From the NCBI GenBank assembly GCA_029263095.1, contig JAJCYA010000077.1, positions 2,874-66,873 on the forward strand: a DNA stretch of 64,000 bases, given 5' to 3'. Positions 27,140 to 36,595 of this stretch are shown here, piece by piece. Origin of the DNA: Acidimicrobiia bacterium. Lineage in GTDB: Bacteria > Actinomycetota > Acidimicrobiia > Spongiisociales > UBA11373. The notes beneath the pieces were generated by a model, which saw only the letters and a list, made by a program, of their open reading frames with translations, did not search any database and was not told the origin of the DNA. Each line of letters opens with the position of its first letter. Position 1 is the stretch's first letter. Made by a program: the position numbers and the translations under genes.

Positions 27140-27844
27140 CTACAGGTATTGGCCGCCGTCTACTCGGATCACCTGGCCCGTGATGTGGCGGGCGGCATCG
27201 GACACCAAGAAGGCGATCACGTCGGCGACGTCTTCGGGCTCACCGAGGCGCCCCAGACTGCTGTCTTTGCGAGCCGCCTCTTGGATCTCATCGGGTAATG
27301 ACACCGTCATTGGGGTGCGGATCATGCCGGGGGCGACGACGTTTACCCGAATCCCAAAGTGGCCGAGCTCTCGGGCCAGCGATTTGGCCAACCCGTGGAG
27401 ACCGGCCTTGGAGGCGGCATAGTTGGCCTGGCCGAACTTGCCACGTTCTCCGTTGATCGAAGACACGAAGACGATGGCGCCGCCGCCTGCTTGCCGCATC
27501 AGGGGTGTCGCCGCTCGGCTGAGATAGAAGCCCGAATCGAGGTTGACGGCCAGCACAGATTTCCAGTCGGAGTCGTCCATCTTCCACGACACACCATCTC
27601 TGGTGATACCGGCAGCATGGACCAGGACGTCCAGGCCTCCAAACGCCTCGGCGGCGGCACTCACCGCATCGGCGCATGCAGCGGGGTCGGCCAGGTCGCA
27701 AGCGAACATCTCGTCGGCACCGGGTGGTGGGTCGTTTGTCTGAATGTCGGCGACGGCCACTAGGTGGTCCGTCTGTGCCAACGCCGCCACCGTTGCGCGG
27801 CCGATTCCTCCGCTCCCGCCACTGACCAGTGCTCTGACACTCAT
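27140..27844 (-). CDS. SDR-family oxidoreductase (3-oxoacyl/3-hydroxyacyl reductase-like)
   Basis: SGGSGGIGRA glycine motif, the NYAASKAG catalytic YxxxK, and the C-terminal ITGQVIRVDGG. Confidence 0.7.
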   Translation of the reverse strand: MSVRALVSGGSGGIGRATVAALAQTDHLVAVADIQTNDPPPGADEMFACDLADPAACADAVSAAAEAFGGLDVLVHAAGITRDGVSWKMDDSDWKSVLAVNLDSGFYLSRAATPLMRQAGGGAIVFVSSINGERGKFGQANYAASKAGLHGLAKSLARELGHFGIRVNVVAPGMIRTPMTVSLPDEIQEAARKDSSLGRLGEPEDVADVIAFLVSDAARHITGQVIRVDGGQYL

Positions 27845-28599
27845 GCATTTCTCCACTCTGGGTTGCGCTTGTCGAGAAACGCTTGGATTCCCTCGACTCC
27901 GTCGTGGAGCTCGAGAAGCTCCTCGAGGTAGATGCGCTCGGCATTGCTGAGGCGGTCCTCGATTGCCTTGCGCTGTGGCTCCCGTACCGCTCGGGTGGCC
28001 AAGCGCAGCGAAGCGGCCGAGCGAGGTGCGAAGTGCTCGGCTATGAACCCGTCCACCGTCTCATCGAGGCTGTTCGATGGGGCGAGCGCGTTGACGATCC
28101 CGAGTCTGAAGGCCTCGGTTGCGGTCAAGTCTCGACCGGTGAGGAGCACGTCCTCGGCGGCGCGTCCTGTCAAGAGGGCGGTCGCCGCCGGGGCGAGCAC
28201 CCCGAGGCGAATCTCGGGCGAGGCGAGCACGGCGTCTTCCTCGGCAATGACGATGCCGCACGCTAGGGCCAATTCCAGCCCTCCGCCCAAGCACCGGCCC
28301 TGGACCCCGGCCAGCGTCGGGTATGGGAAGCCGACCAGGTCGCGTACCACGCCGCCGATCGCCTCCAACATCTGCGGTGCTTGCTCGGGCAGGTGCTCCT
28401 CGACGCTGGCGCCGAACGAGAAGTGCTTCCCGGCCCCCCGCAGCACCAGCACCTTGCCGCGCTCATCGGCTGCTGCTGTCGCGATGGCGGGTCGTAGCTC
28501 GGCACATAGAGCCAGGTCGATCACATTGCCGGGCGGTGAGTCCATCGTGATCGTCTGGACACCGCCGTCGGGTGACGCAGTGTGGAGCACGATGGCCAT
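27841..28599 (-). CDS. dch: Enoyl-CoA hydratase (crotonase fold), candidate cyclohexa-1,5-diene-1-carbonyl-CoA hydratase (Dch)
   Basis: Crotonase motifs (GAGKHFSFGASV, GGGLELALACG) in a ~28-kDa protein placed between oah and an SDR. Dch identity is contextual. Confidence 0.6.
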   Translation of the reverse strand: MAIVLHTASPDGGVQTITMDSPPGNVIDLALCAELRPAIATAAADERGKVLVLRGAGKHFSFGASVEEHLPEQAPQMLEAIGGVVRDLVGFPYPTLAGVQGRCLGGGLELALACGIVIAEEDAVLASPEIRLGVLAPAATALLTGRAAEDVLLTGRDLTATEAFRLGIVNALAPSNSLDETVDGFIAEHFAPRSAASLRLATRAVREPQRKAIEDRLSNAERIYLEELLELHDGVEGIQAFLDKRNPEWRNA

Positions 28600-29696
28600 C
28601 AGGATTGCGGGGAAATGGCGGCGGTCAGATCATCGCCCCAAGTCTCGCCACCGGCGAGGCGGAGGCGGAGATCGACGAAGTCGACCTCGCGGCCAACCTC
28701 CCTGTCGCCGCGGTGAAACGCCTGGAAGCCGGCCTTGGCTTCGGTCATCATGTTCAACGAGAGCCAAGCTCGGTTGGTCTCCTTGTTCTGATCCCAATGC
28801 TCCAGCTTCTTCTTTCGCATCGACTCGACGGTCTTGATGGTGCAGTCGGGCATGGTGTAGAGGATCTTGGTGACAAGCGCCTCGACTCCGGCGTCGAGTA
28901 GAGAGAAGTCGGTCTCGCCGGCCTTCAGCATTGCCTTGCCGTCGGCGAGGTCATCACCTTCCTTCATCTTCCCGTGGACGATCCGACCCCAATCGTCGAG
29001 GTAGCGATCCGTGATCACCAATGGGTTGGGGACGAACTCCCCATCCACTTTGAGTACAGGGAAGATGTCATTGACCAGGCCCAGACGGAGTGCCTCGTGG
29101 GCGCTCCACGCCTCGCACAGCACACAGGAGGCCATGGCCTCGCCGAAGCCGACGTATAGGTGCAGAAAGTCGGTGGAGCCACCATCGGGCGCCGAGCCGT
29201 GCTTGGGTCCTGCCTGGCCGAAGCGGGCCAGATCGCTGGCGACGGTGAAGTCACACGCCATCCCGATCTCCTGGCCGCCGCCGATCCGCATGCCGTTGAC
29301 TCGGTTGATCACCGGCTTGTCGCAGGCAAGGATCGTCGAGACCATGTCGTTGAAGAGCCGCATGTATTGGCGGTACTCACCAGGTCGGCCGGCGTAGTAC
29401 TCGGAGTACTCCTCGGTGTTGCCCCCGGTGCAGAAGGAGCGATCTCCGGCGCCCGTAAAGACGACTGCCACCGCGGCCCGATCTACCGAGGCGCGCCGGA
29501 AGGCGAGGATCGTGTCCTTGACGGTTTCGGTCGTATAGGAGTTGAGCTGCTCGGGGTTGTCGAGCGTAATCCACACCGAATGCAGACCGTCCACCGGTTG
29601 TCCGGAGGAGTCGAGGACCGGCTTCTCCTCGTAACGGACCTCGGTGAGTTCCCGGTCGGGTACCAGATCGTGGTTCTTGAACTCCATGGGCTCCAT
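28599..29696 (-). CDS. bamA: 6-oxocyclohex-1-ene-1-carbonyl-CoA hydrolase (ring-cleaving crotonase; BamA/Oah)
   Basis: 366 aa after trimming 110 Arg-rich leading codons; SD AAAGGA upstream. Contains LNSYTT and QEIGM, the peptide motifs targeted by the bamA primers SP9/ASP1, with 19/22 and 17/18 nt identity to the primer sequences. Confidence 0.8.
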   Translation of the reverse strand: MEPMEFKNHDLVPDRELTEVRYEEKPVLDSSGQPVDGLHSVWITLDNPEQLNSYTTETVKDTILAFRRASVDRAAVAVVFTGAGDRSFCTGGNTEEYSEYYAGRPGEYRQYMRLFNDMVSTILACDKPVINRVNGMRIGGGQEIGMACDFTVASDLARFGQAGPKHGSAPDGGSTDFLHLYVGFGEAMASCVLCEAWSAHEALRLGLVNDIFPVLKVDGEFVPNPLVITDRYLDDWGRIVHGKMKEGDDLADGKAMLKAGETDFSLLDAGVEALVTKILYTMPDCTIKTVESMRKKKLEHWDQNKETNRAWLSLNMMTEAKAGFQAFHRGDREVGREVDFVDLRLRLAGGETWGDDLTAAISPQS

Positions 29697-29701
29697 TCCT
29701 T

Positions 29702-30760
29702 TCACGGTATGAGAATCGAACGGCGGGGGTCGGATCCGGAACGAGCAGCTGCCAGCGCCGCTTCGGCCTCCGCCATCGGGACCTTGCGGGTAAACGGGAG
29801 AAGATCGATGCGCCCTGCGGTGACCAGTTCCACAGCCTCTGGATAACGCTCCGGCGGACAGCCCCATGAGCCGAAGGCGGCGGCGTCGAAGGCCATGAGG
29901 TTGGAGAGGCGAATCGAAACCTTGTCCATGGTGAATCCGACCACCGCCAGCGTGCCGGCGGGACCCAGCATCCCGAAGGCCGTCTCCTGGCCGGGGGCGG
30001 TGCCGGAGCACTCGAATATCTTCCACCCGGTCGATGGGGCGTTGAGGTCACGGGCCTGCTCCCGAGCGGCGTCACGCACCTGGCGTGGTGATAGGCCGTC
30101 GGCATTGACGGTGGTGGATGCACCGTGGTCGAGTAGTGGGGTCAAACGGGCTTCGTCGACATCGACTGCGATCACGGTGGCTCCCGAGGCTGCTGCGATC
30201 TGGACCGCGTAGGTGCCGACACCTCCGGTGCCTATCACGACGGCCAGGTCACCTTCGGCGACACCGGCACGTCGTATCGCCTGGAGCGGCGTTGTGACGG
30301 CGTCGGCGACCACTGCGAAATCGGCCAGTTCGTACCCGTTGGGGAGGGAATCGATCGCGGCCAAACCCACCGCCGGCACGGTGACGTGGGTGGCGAATCC
30401 GCCGTCGAGATCGTTCCCCGGCATCTTCTGCCGTTTACATACGTTGCCGCGGCCCGACGTACACAGGCCGCACTCGCCGCACGGGATGACGGCGGGCACC
30501 AGCACATCTTTGCCCAACCAAGCCTCGGCGCCGGTTCCGGTCGCGATGATCGTTCCGACGATCTCATGTCCCAGTACCAGAGGGAGGGACGCCCTGGTGG
30601 CGACGTGACCGTCGGCAAAGCCGAGGTCGGTGTGGCATACCCCACATCCGGCGATTTCGATCAGCACCTCGCCAGCCTCGGGGTCCCTCCCGGCGTCTTC
30701 CACCCGTTCCAGGGTCTTGCCCGGCTCCACCAGGCGCCAGGAGTAGCGGTCGGCGCTCAT
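29702..30760 (-). CDS. had: Zinc-dependent alcohol dehydrogenase family, candidate 6-hydroxycyclohex-1-ene-1-carbonyl-CoA dehydrogenase (Had)
   Basis: GCGVCHTDL, GHEIVG, CGECGLCTSGRGNVC and GTGGVGTYAVQIA motifs. Lies directly upstream of bamA; SD GGAGAGGAG. Confidence 0.65.
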   Translation of the reverse strand: MSADRYSWRLVEPGKTLERVEDAGRDPEAGEVLIEIAGCGVCHTDLGFADGHVATRASLPLVLGHEIVGTIIATGTGAEAWLGKDVLVPAVIPCGECGLCTSGRGNVCKRQKMPGNDLDGGFATHVTVPAVGLAAIDSLPNGYELADFAVVADAVTTPLQAIRRAGVAEGDLAVVIGTGGVGTYAVQIAAASGATVIAVDVDEARLTPLLDHGASTTVNADGLSPRQVRDAAREQARDLNAPSTGWKIFECSGTAPGQETAFGMLGPAGTLAVVGFTMDKVSIRLSNLMAFDAAAFGSWGCPPERYPEAVELVTAGRIDLLPFTRKVPMAEAEAALAAARSGSDPRRSILIP

Positions 30761-30864
30761 CTTGACTTGGGCTCCTCTCCTGGGCCGGACCATGTTGGCA
30801 CAAGCTCCTGGGGATCCGATCGGCTGCCGACCAGCGATGGGACCGCTCCGGGTACTGTGCCCAG

Positions 30865-31416
30865 ATGAGCGACACCGCAACCGGAATCTTGCGAGCGGAA
30901 CACCGGCTCATCCTGGAAGTGGCTTCGGTGCTGGAGAGGGCTCTGGACACCGGGGAGGGTGATCACGACACGCTGGGCGACTGCATTGCTTTCTTTCGCC
31001 TCTTTGCCGACGCCTGCCATCACGGGAAGGAGGAGGACCTTCTGTTTCCCGCTCTGGAGGACGAGGGAATGCCCACCGACGCCGGGCCGATCGCCGTCAT
31101 GCTTCATGAGCACCGCATCGGGCGTGAGTTCATCCGCCGCATGGCCGACGCATTGCCCCGCTCCGGTGAGGGTGACTCCACCGCCGCCACCGAGGTCGCC
31201 GATGCCGGTCGGGGCTACATCGAGCTGATCAGGGCGCACATAGCCAAAGAGGACGGGGTTCTTTTCGAAATGGCCGACGGGATGGTCACCGGCCCCGCCT
31301 GCAGGGACTTGTGCTCGGCGTACGACGAGGGTTGTGCCCGCCGCTTCGAGGGCAAGACGCTGCAGGATCTGGAGGATTTGGCCGAGTCGCTGCGAGGTCG
31401 CTACCCCGCAGTCTGA
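30865..31416 (+). CDS. Hemerythrin HHE cation-binding domain protein
   Basis: H..E/H...H spacing (ILRAEHRLI, CHHGKEEDLLFP, MLHEHRIGREF, RAHIAKED). Confidence 0.6.
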   Translation: MSDTATGILRAEHRLILEVASVLERALDTGEGDHDTLGDCIAFFRLFADACHHGKEEDLLFPALEDEGMPTDAGPIAVMLHEHRIGREFIRRMADALPRSGEGDSTAATEVADAGRGYIELIRAHIAKEDGVLFEMADGMVTGPACRDLCSAYDEGCARRFEGKTLQDLEDLAESLRGRYPAV

Positions 31417-31907
31417 GAGTCGAGCAGCGCCAGGATTCCTCCTGCCGCCAGGATGTCGCGCATTTCGGGAGGAAGTGGCTCTCCCTGGAGGCGACGGTCG
31501 CCGTCACCGGAGGTGATAGTGCCCGCCGCCAGGTCAACCGCCACCTCGTCTCCATCGGCGAAGGCCTCGTGGACTCCTGCACAGATGAGTACCGGGAGCC
31601 CGATGGCAACCGCGTTGCGCATGAACAGGCGAGACAACGACTCGGCGACAACGCAGGCAACTCCGAGGGCCTTTAGGTTCTCGGCCGCGGTTTCGCGGCT
31701 CGACCCGCATCCAAAGTTCCTGCCTGCGATCACCAGATCGCCGGTTCGCACGTCGGAGGCAAACCCAGGGCTGATCGACTCCAGAGTGTGGATCATCCGT
31801 ACCTCGACGGGATCCACCGCGTACGTGCCGGGAGACAGCAGGTCGGTGCTGACATCGTGATCGAACTTCCAGGCTCGGCCCTGCATCATTGCGCCGGTCT
31901 CAGACAT
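31401..31907 (-). CDS. leuD: Aconitase-family small subunit (LeuD-like, short archaeal/HACN type)
   Basis: 168 aa with a swivel domain (GRNFGCGSSRE). SD GAGGAGG 6 nt before the ATG. Confidence 0.7.
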   Translation of the reverse strand: MSETGAMMQGRAWKFDHDVSTDLLSPGTYAVDPVEVRMIHTLESISPGFASDVRTGDLVIAGRNFGCGSSRETAAENLKALGVACVVAESLSRLFMRNAVAIGLPVLICAGVHEAFADGDEVAVDLAAGTITSGDGDRRLQGEPLPPEMRDILAAGGILALLDSQTAG

Positions 31908-33168
31908 TTGCTGCCTCCTCCCTCGGGTCGGCGATTCGGCCAGCCAGCGCGGATGCGGCGACGGTTTCGGGTGACGCCAGGTAGATCTCAGCCTGGGGGC
32001 TGCCCATCCGGCCAATGAAATTCCGGTTGTGAGTGCCGATGCAACGCTCTCCCGGCGCAAGCAAGCCGCCGTGGCCGCCAAAGCACGGACCGCATCCGGA
32101 TGGCAGCACCGAAGCGCCGGCTTCGACCAACGTGGCGACTATGCCCTCATCGATGGCCTGGGAAAGGACGCCGCGTGAGGCGGGTGCCACCAGCAGGCGG
32201 ACACCTGCGGCGATTTTGCGACCATCGAGGATGGCGGCTGCCGCCCGAAGATCTTCGATGCGGCCGTTGGTGCATGAGCCGAGGAAGGCCTGTTGGATCG
32301 TGATGTCGGTCAGGTCATCCACCGCCTCCACGTTGTCCACCTCGTGGGGGAGGGCTACTTGCGGCGCCAGGGCGGAGAGGTCCATCTCGTGCTCGGCCTC
32401 GTAGGAGGCGTCGCCATCGGGTTCGAGTGGTGCGACGTCTTCGATGCCCCGGTCCGCAAGGTAGGCGGCGGTGACGGCATCCGACGGGAAGAGAGCAAAC
32501 TTGGCGCCCATCTCGAGGCCCATGTTGGAGACCGTGAGGCGGCTGGACATTCCGGCCGCGGCAACGGCCGGTCCGCCAAACTCCATCGACCGGTACTGGG
32601 CACCGTCGGAGCCAAAGCGACCGGCCAGCGCCAAGATGACGTCCTTCCAAGATACGCCGCGGGTCAGGGATCCGCGAAGCTCGTAGCGGATGGTCTCGGG
32701 AACCCGGAACCACAACCGTCCCGTGGCCATGACGTATGCCATCTCCGAGGTTCCGATCCCGGTGGAGGCCGCCGCGAGTGCTCCGTGGGTTGTGGTGTGG
32801 GAGTCGGTTCCCACAACCATCATTCCGGGCCGGATGTGGCCCTTCTCAGGGAGCAACTGGTGGCTTATTCCCTCGCCGGAATCGTAGAAGGCGTCTATGC
32901 CGAGACGGGCCACATGGTCGCGGATCCGATGATGGACGGCAGCAGCCTCGGCAGAAGGAGCAGGTACCAGGTGGTCGATGACGACGACGGCCTTGTCGGG
33001 ATCGAACACTTTTCCTCCGCCCACTTCGGCCAGCATGTCGAAGACAGAAGCGGCAAAGATGTCGTGCACCATGGCGAGGTCGATGTCGGCGACGATGAAC
33101 TCGCCCGCGGTGACGGTGTCGCGCCCCGCCGCTCTCGCCATGATCTTTTCGGCCAGTGTTGAACCCAT
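31900..33168 (-). CDS. leuC: Aconitase-family large subunit (LeuC-like, short type) with 3 cluster Cys
   Basis: GTDSHTTTHGA, GSCTNGR and SGCGPCFG motifs. ~420 aa, the small-subunit-type architecture. Confidence 0.75.
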   Translation of the reverse strand: MGSTLAEKIMARAAGRDTVTAGEFIVADIDLAMVHDIFAASVFDMLAEVGGGKVFDPDKAVVVIDHLVPAPSAEAAAVHHRIRDHVARLGIDAFYDSGEGISHQLLPEKGHIRPGMMVVGTDSHTTTHGALAAASTGIGTSEMAYVMATGRLWFRVPETIRYELRGSLTRGVSWKDVILALAGRFGSDGAQYRSMEFGGPAVAAAGMSSRLTVSNMGLEMGAKFALFPSDAVTAAYLADRGIEDVAPLEPDGDASYEAEHEMDLSALAPQVALPHEVDNVEAVDDLTDITIQQAFLGSCTNGRIEDLRAAAAILDGRKIAAGVRLLVAPASRGVLSQAIDEGIVATLVEAGASVLPSGCGPCFGGHGGLLAPGERCIGTHNRNFIGRMGSPQAEIYLASPETVAASALAGRIADPREEAANV

Positions 33169-33182
33169 GCCCCTCCCTCCGT

Positions 33183-33929
33183 TCAGCTCGCGCCCAGGCT
33201 GCGCCCGCCGCATACGTACAGCACCTGACCGGTGACGTATGAGGCCTCATCGGAAGCCAGATACAGCACCGCATTGCCGATGTCATCGGGGGTCCCCACC
33301 CGTCGTAGCGGGATGGTCTTGACGAGACGTTCCTTGACCTCATCGTCGAGTCCCTGGAACAGCGGGGTATCGACCAATGCTGGGGCGATGCAGTTGGCGG
33401 TGATCTGGTATCGAGCCATCTCCAGCGCCAGGGTGCGAGTAAGGCTGATCACCGCTCCCTTGGATGCGGCGTAATTGGCCTGGCCGGGACCTCCGAGCCA
33501 TGCCCGCGATGAGATGTTGACGATGCGTCCGTGCTCCTGCTCCATCATGTGGGGAGCGGCGGCGCGGCAGGTGAGGAACTGCGACTTGGTGTTGACGCGC
33601 AGCACCTCGTCCCAGTTCTCTTCGCTCATCTTGGCGAGCCAACCGTCGCGGGCGATGCCGGCATTGTTGACGAGGATGTCCACCCGGTCGTGAGCGTCCA
33701 TCGCTCCGGCAATCAATGCCGCCGCACCGTCGGCAGTGCCGACATCTGAGGCGATACCCGTGGCGTCGATCCCCGCGCCGTGGAGACCGTCCACTGAATC
33801 CTGGACCCGATCCTCCACGAGGTCGTTGACGACGACCTTGGCCCCTGCAGCGCCCAAGACCCGGGCGATCCCCGCTCCGATGCCCTGGCCGGCACCGGTG
33901 ATGACCGCCACCCGATCCATTACGTTCAT
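33183..33929 (-). CDS. SDR-family oxidoreductase (FabG-like)
   Basis: TGAGQGIGAGIA, NNAGI and YAASKGAV motifs. Confidence 0.7.
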   Translation of the reverse strand: MNVMDRVAVITGAGQGIGAGIARVLGAAGAKVVVNDLVEDRVQDSVDGLHGAGIDATGIASDVGTADGAAALIAGAMDAHDRVDILVNNAGIARDGWLAKMSEENWDEVLRVNTKSQFLTCRAAAPHMMEQEHGRIVNISSRAWLGGPGQANYAASKGAVISLTRTLALEMARYQITANCIAPALVDTPLFQGLDDEVKERLVKTIPLRRVGTPDDIGNAVLYLASDEASYVTGQVLYVCGGRSLGAS

Positions 33930-33957
33930 GATTGCTACCTCCCTAGGTCCGACACCA

Positions 33958-34758
33958 CTAGCGGCCCTTGAACTCGGGGCTTCTCTTGTCGATGAATGCC
34001 TGGATGCCCTCTTGGCGGTCCTCGCTCGCCCGCAGGACGGCGTGGCTGGTCGACTCGAAGTCGAGTCCGGCCTCGATGTCGGTGTCGGCGGCGCGGTTGA
34101 TGAGCACCTTGATCCGATCCAGCGAGAGCGGCGCCTTGGCGGCGATTCCCTGAGCCATCGTCATGGCCTCGGCGAGAAGGTCGGCGTCCGGTACAACCCG
34201 ATTGACCAGACCCATCCGGTGCGCCTCGGCGGCGCTGTATCGCTCGGCCGTGAACATCATCTCCTTGGCGTATCCCGGTCCGACGAGGCGGGTGAGACGC
34301 TGGGTCCCCCCGGCACCGGGGAGACTTCCCACCTTGGCTTCGGGGAACCCGAGCTGGGCGCTCTCGGCGGCGATGCGGATGTCGCACGCGAGAGCCATCT
34401 CCATCCCGCCGCCCAGCGCATAGCCTTGGATCGCCACCACGACCGGGACATTCAGATTCTCGAAGCGCCCAAACACACTGCGCACCAGGATTCCCAACGG
34501 ATCGTGCACGGCGCCCGCCTCGTACTCGGCCGCCCGACTTTTGAGGTCGGCGCCCACACAGAACGCCTTTTCTCCGGCGGCGGCCAATACCACGGCTCGA
34601 ATGTCAGGATCGGCCTCGATCTCGTCGAGTAGACGGCCCATCGTGTGCAGCATGTCGGTCGTCATTGCATTCAGCGCTTGGGGTCTGTTGAGCGTCATCA
34701 CCGCAACTGCTCCGTCGCGCTCGAACAGGACCAGCTCTTCGAGGGTCTCTTCTGCCAC
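33958..34758 (-). CDS. Enoyl-CoA hydratase/isomerase (crotonase family)
   Basis: [24 protein letters not shown] and [18 protein letters not shown] motifs. Confidence 0.75.
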   Translation of the reverse strand: MAEETLEELVLFERDGAVAVMTLNRPQALNAMTTDMLHTMGRLLDEIEADPDIRAVVLAAAGEKAFCVGADLKSRAAEYEAGAVHDPLGILVRSVFGRFENLNVPVVVAIQGYALGGGMEMALACDIRIAAESAQLGFPEAKVGSLPGAGGTQRLTRLVGPGYAKEMMFTAERYSAAEAHRMGLVNRVVPDADLLAEAMTMAQGIAAKAPLSLDRIKVLINRAADTDIEAGLDFESTSHAVLRASEDRQEGIQAFIDKRSPEFKGR

Positions 34759-34766
34759 TTCTGCTC

Positions 34767-35969
34767 CTATCTCTCCGGGCCGGCGACGACGGCGCGGCCC
34801 ATCAGGTCTTCGATCTCGTCGTTGGTGAACTCGAACTCGACGAGTACTTCACGTGTGTGCTCACCCGGAATCGGCGGAGCCGAGAGGTTCGGGGGCCCAT
34901 CGTTGGCTGAGAGGCGCGCAGGAATGCGCGGCGATCGGACGGCTCCCGAGACCGGATGCTCAGTAGTGACAATCATCCCTCCCGACTCCACCTGTTCGGA
35001 TGTGATCAGTTCGGGGTAGGCGAGGATGGGGCCACACAGAATGTCGGCGGCCTCCAGGGTCTCGATCCACTCTGCGGTTGTGCGGGTGGCAAAGATGGGA
35101 GCCAGCACCGCGTTGAGGTCGGCTCGGGCCTCCACCCGCTTCCCGTTGTCTTCAAAGCGCGGGTCCTGCGCGAGATCGGGTAGTCCCAGAGCCTCACAGA
35201 GCGCCGGCCACCGCTTAGCGGTATAGGCAGCCACCATCACGTGTCCATCGGCGGTGGCATAGGCCTCGTTGGGTGCGGCGTATGGGGCGGCGCTGCCCAA
35301 ACGACGAGGTGTCTCCCCGCTGGCTAGGAACATGGAGAGTGGGACTACCTGGAACGCCAGTAGAGCGTCGAGGAGTGACACATCCACCCGCTGCCCCTTG
35401 CCGGTGCGCTCTCTGTCTAACAGGGCGGCAAGGATCGCCTGGGTCATAAACGCTCCGCCGGCCATATCGGCGGCGGGTACTCCCACCTTCACCGGCCCCG
35501 CGTCATCGGTGCCGGTCACGCTCATAATGCCGCCCATCGCCTGCGCGACGCCATCCACGCCGGGACGATCTCGCCAGGGGCCCTCCCGGCCGAAAGCCGA
35601 GATGGCTGCATAGATCAGGCCAGGGTTGCGGGCCGCCATGGAGTCGTATCCGATGCCGAGGCGGTCGGCTACACCGGGACGGAAACTTTCGAGCGCCACG
35701 TCGCATCGAGCGGCGAGGCGCAAGATCACCTCGCTCCCACCGTCTTGCTTGAGATCGGCCACGACGCTGCGCTTGTTGCGGTTCATCCCCAGGAACGCGG
35801 CGGCGGCACCTGCGACGAACGGTGGTCCCAGATTGCGACCCCACTCGCCTCCCGGCGGCTCGACCTTTATCACCTCGGCCCCGAGGTCGGCGAGGTGCAT
35901 GGCGCAGGTGGGGCCTGCCGCTCCCTGTGATAGATCGAGGATTCTCAACCCGGCGAGTGCCCTGCTCAA
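34767..35969 (-). CDS. Family III CoA-transferase (CaiB/BaiF)
   Basis: [33 protein letters not shown] at the N-terminus, conserved Asp region; ~400 aa. Confidence 0.75.
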   Translation of the reverse strand: MSRALAGLRILDLSQGAAGPTCAMHLADLGAEVIKVEPPGGEWGRNLGPPFVAGAAAAFLGMNRNKRSVVADLKQDGGSEVILRLAARCDVALESFRPGVADRLGIGYDSMAARNPGLIYAAISAFGREGPWRDRPGVDGVAQAMGGIMSVTGTDDAGPVKVGVPAADMAGGAFMTQAILAALLDRERTGKGQRVDVSLLDALLAFQVVPLSMFLASGETPRRLGSAAPYAAPNEAYATADGHVMVAAYTAKRWPALCEALGLPDLAQDPRFEDNGKRVEARADLNAVLAPIFATRTTAEWIETLEAADILCGPILAYPELITSEQVESGGMIVTTEHPVSGAVRSPRIPARLSANDGPPNLSAPPIPGEHTREVLVEFEFTNDEIEDLMGRAVVAGPER

Positions 35970-36595
35970 CGCGTGACCTCCCCGGCTGCGGCCCGTTCGG
36001 TGTCTCGCGCTCCGAGTCCGCGCACTGCGGTGTCGGCGAATGTTGCTGCTATCTCGTCGGGGGCGTACTCCCCGGTGGGTCGGTAGCGACGGATGACGCT
36101 GTCACACATACCGAGAAGGGCCATCGTTGCCAACCCAGAGTCCTGCTCCAGGAACTCGCCGCGGTCGATACCTTCCTCGATCACCTTCTGGAAGAGCGAC
36201 TCGTATTCGCCCTTCTTTTTGCGGTGAGTCTCCATGAAGGTGGGGGAGAGGTACCGACTCTCCTCCGAGAAGCAGGCTACGTAATCCCTCTCTCTGATCG
36301 ACTCGACGGTGTGGAGCGTCAGAGCCCTATGGAGTCGCCCGGTGGCCGGGAGGTCCGACTGGGCGATCTCTCGCACGAGGGGGGTGACTCGGCTCATCGT
36401 CACTTCGATGATTTCGGCGAGCAAGGCCTGCTTGCTGGGGTAGTGGTGATACAGGCTCGATTTGGTGATACCGACGGCAGTTGCCAATGCCTGCATGCTC
36501 GTTCCGTTGAACCCCTTCTGGCGAAACAGGGTTGCGGCAGAGTCCCGGATCCGTTCCGCTGTTCCCGGCTCCTGCGCTGACTCCCGATTGATCAC
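35966..36595 (-). CDS. TetR-family transcriptional regulator
   Basis: IRDSAATLFRQKGFNGTSMQALATAVGITKSSLYHHYPSK HTH. GTG start overlaps the upstream stop (GTGA). The upstream 207 codons of the ORF were rejected. Confidence 0.6.
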   Translation of the reverse strand: MINRESAQEPGTAERIRDSAATLFRQKGFNGTSMQALATAVGITKSSLYHHYPSKQALLAEIIEVTMSRVTPLVREIAQSDLPATGRLHRALTLHTVESIRERDYVACFSEESRYLSPTFMETHRKKKGEYESLFQKVIEEGIDRGEFLEQDSGLATMALLGMCDSVIRRYRPTGEYAPDEIAATFADTAVRGLGARDTERAAAGEVTR

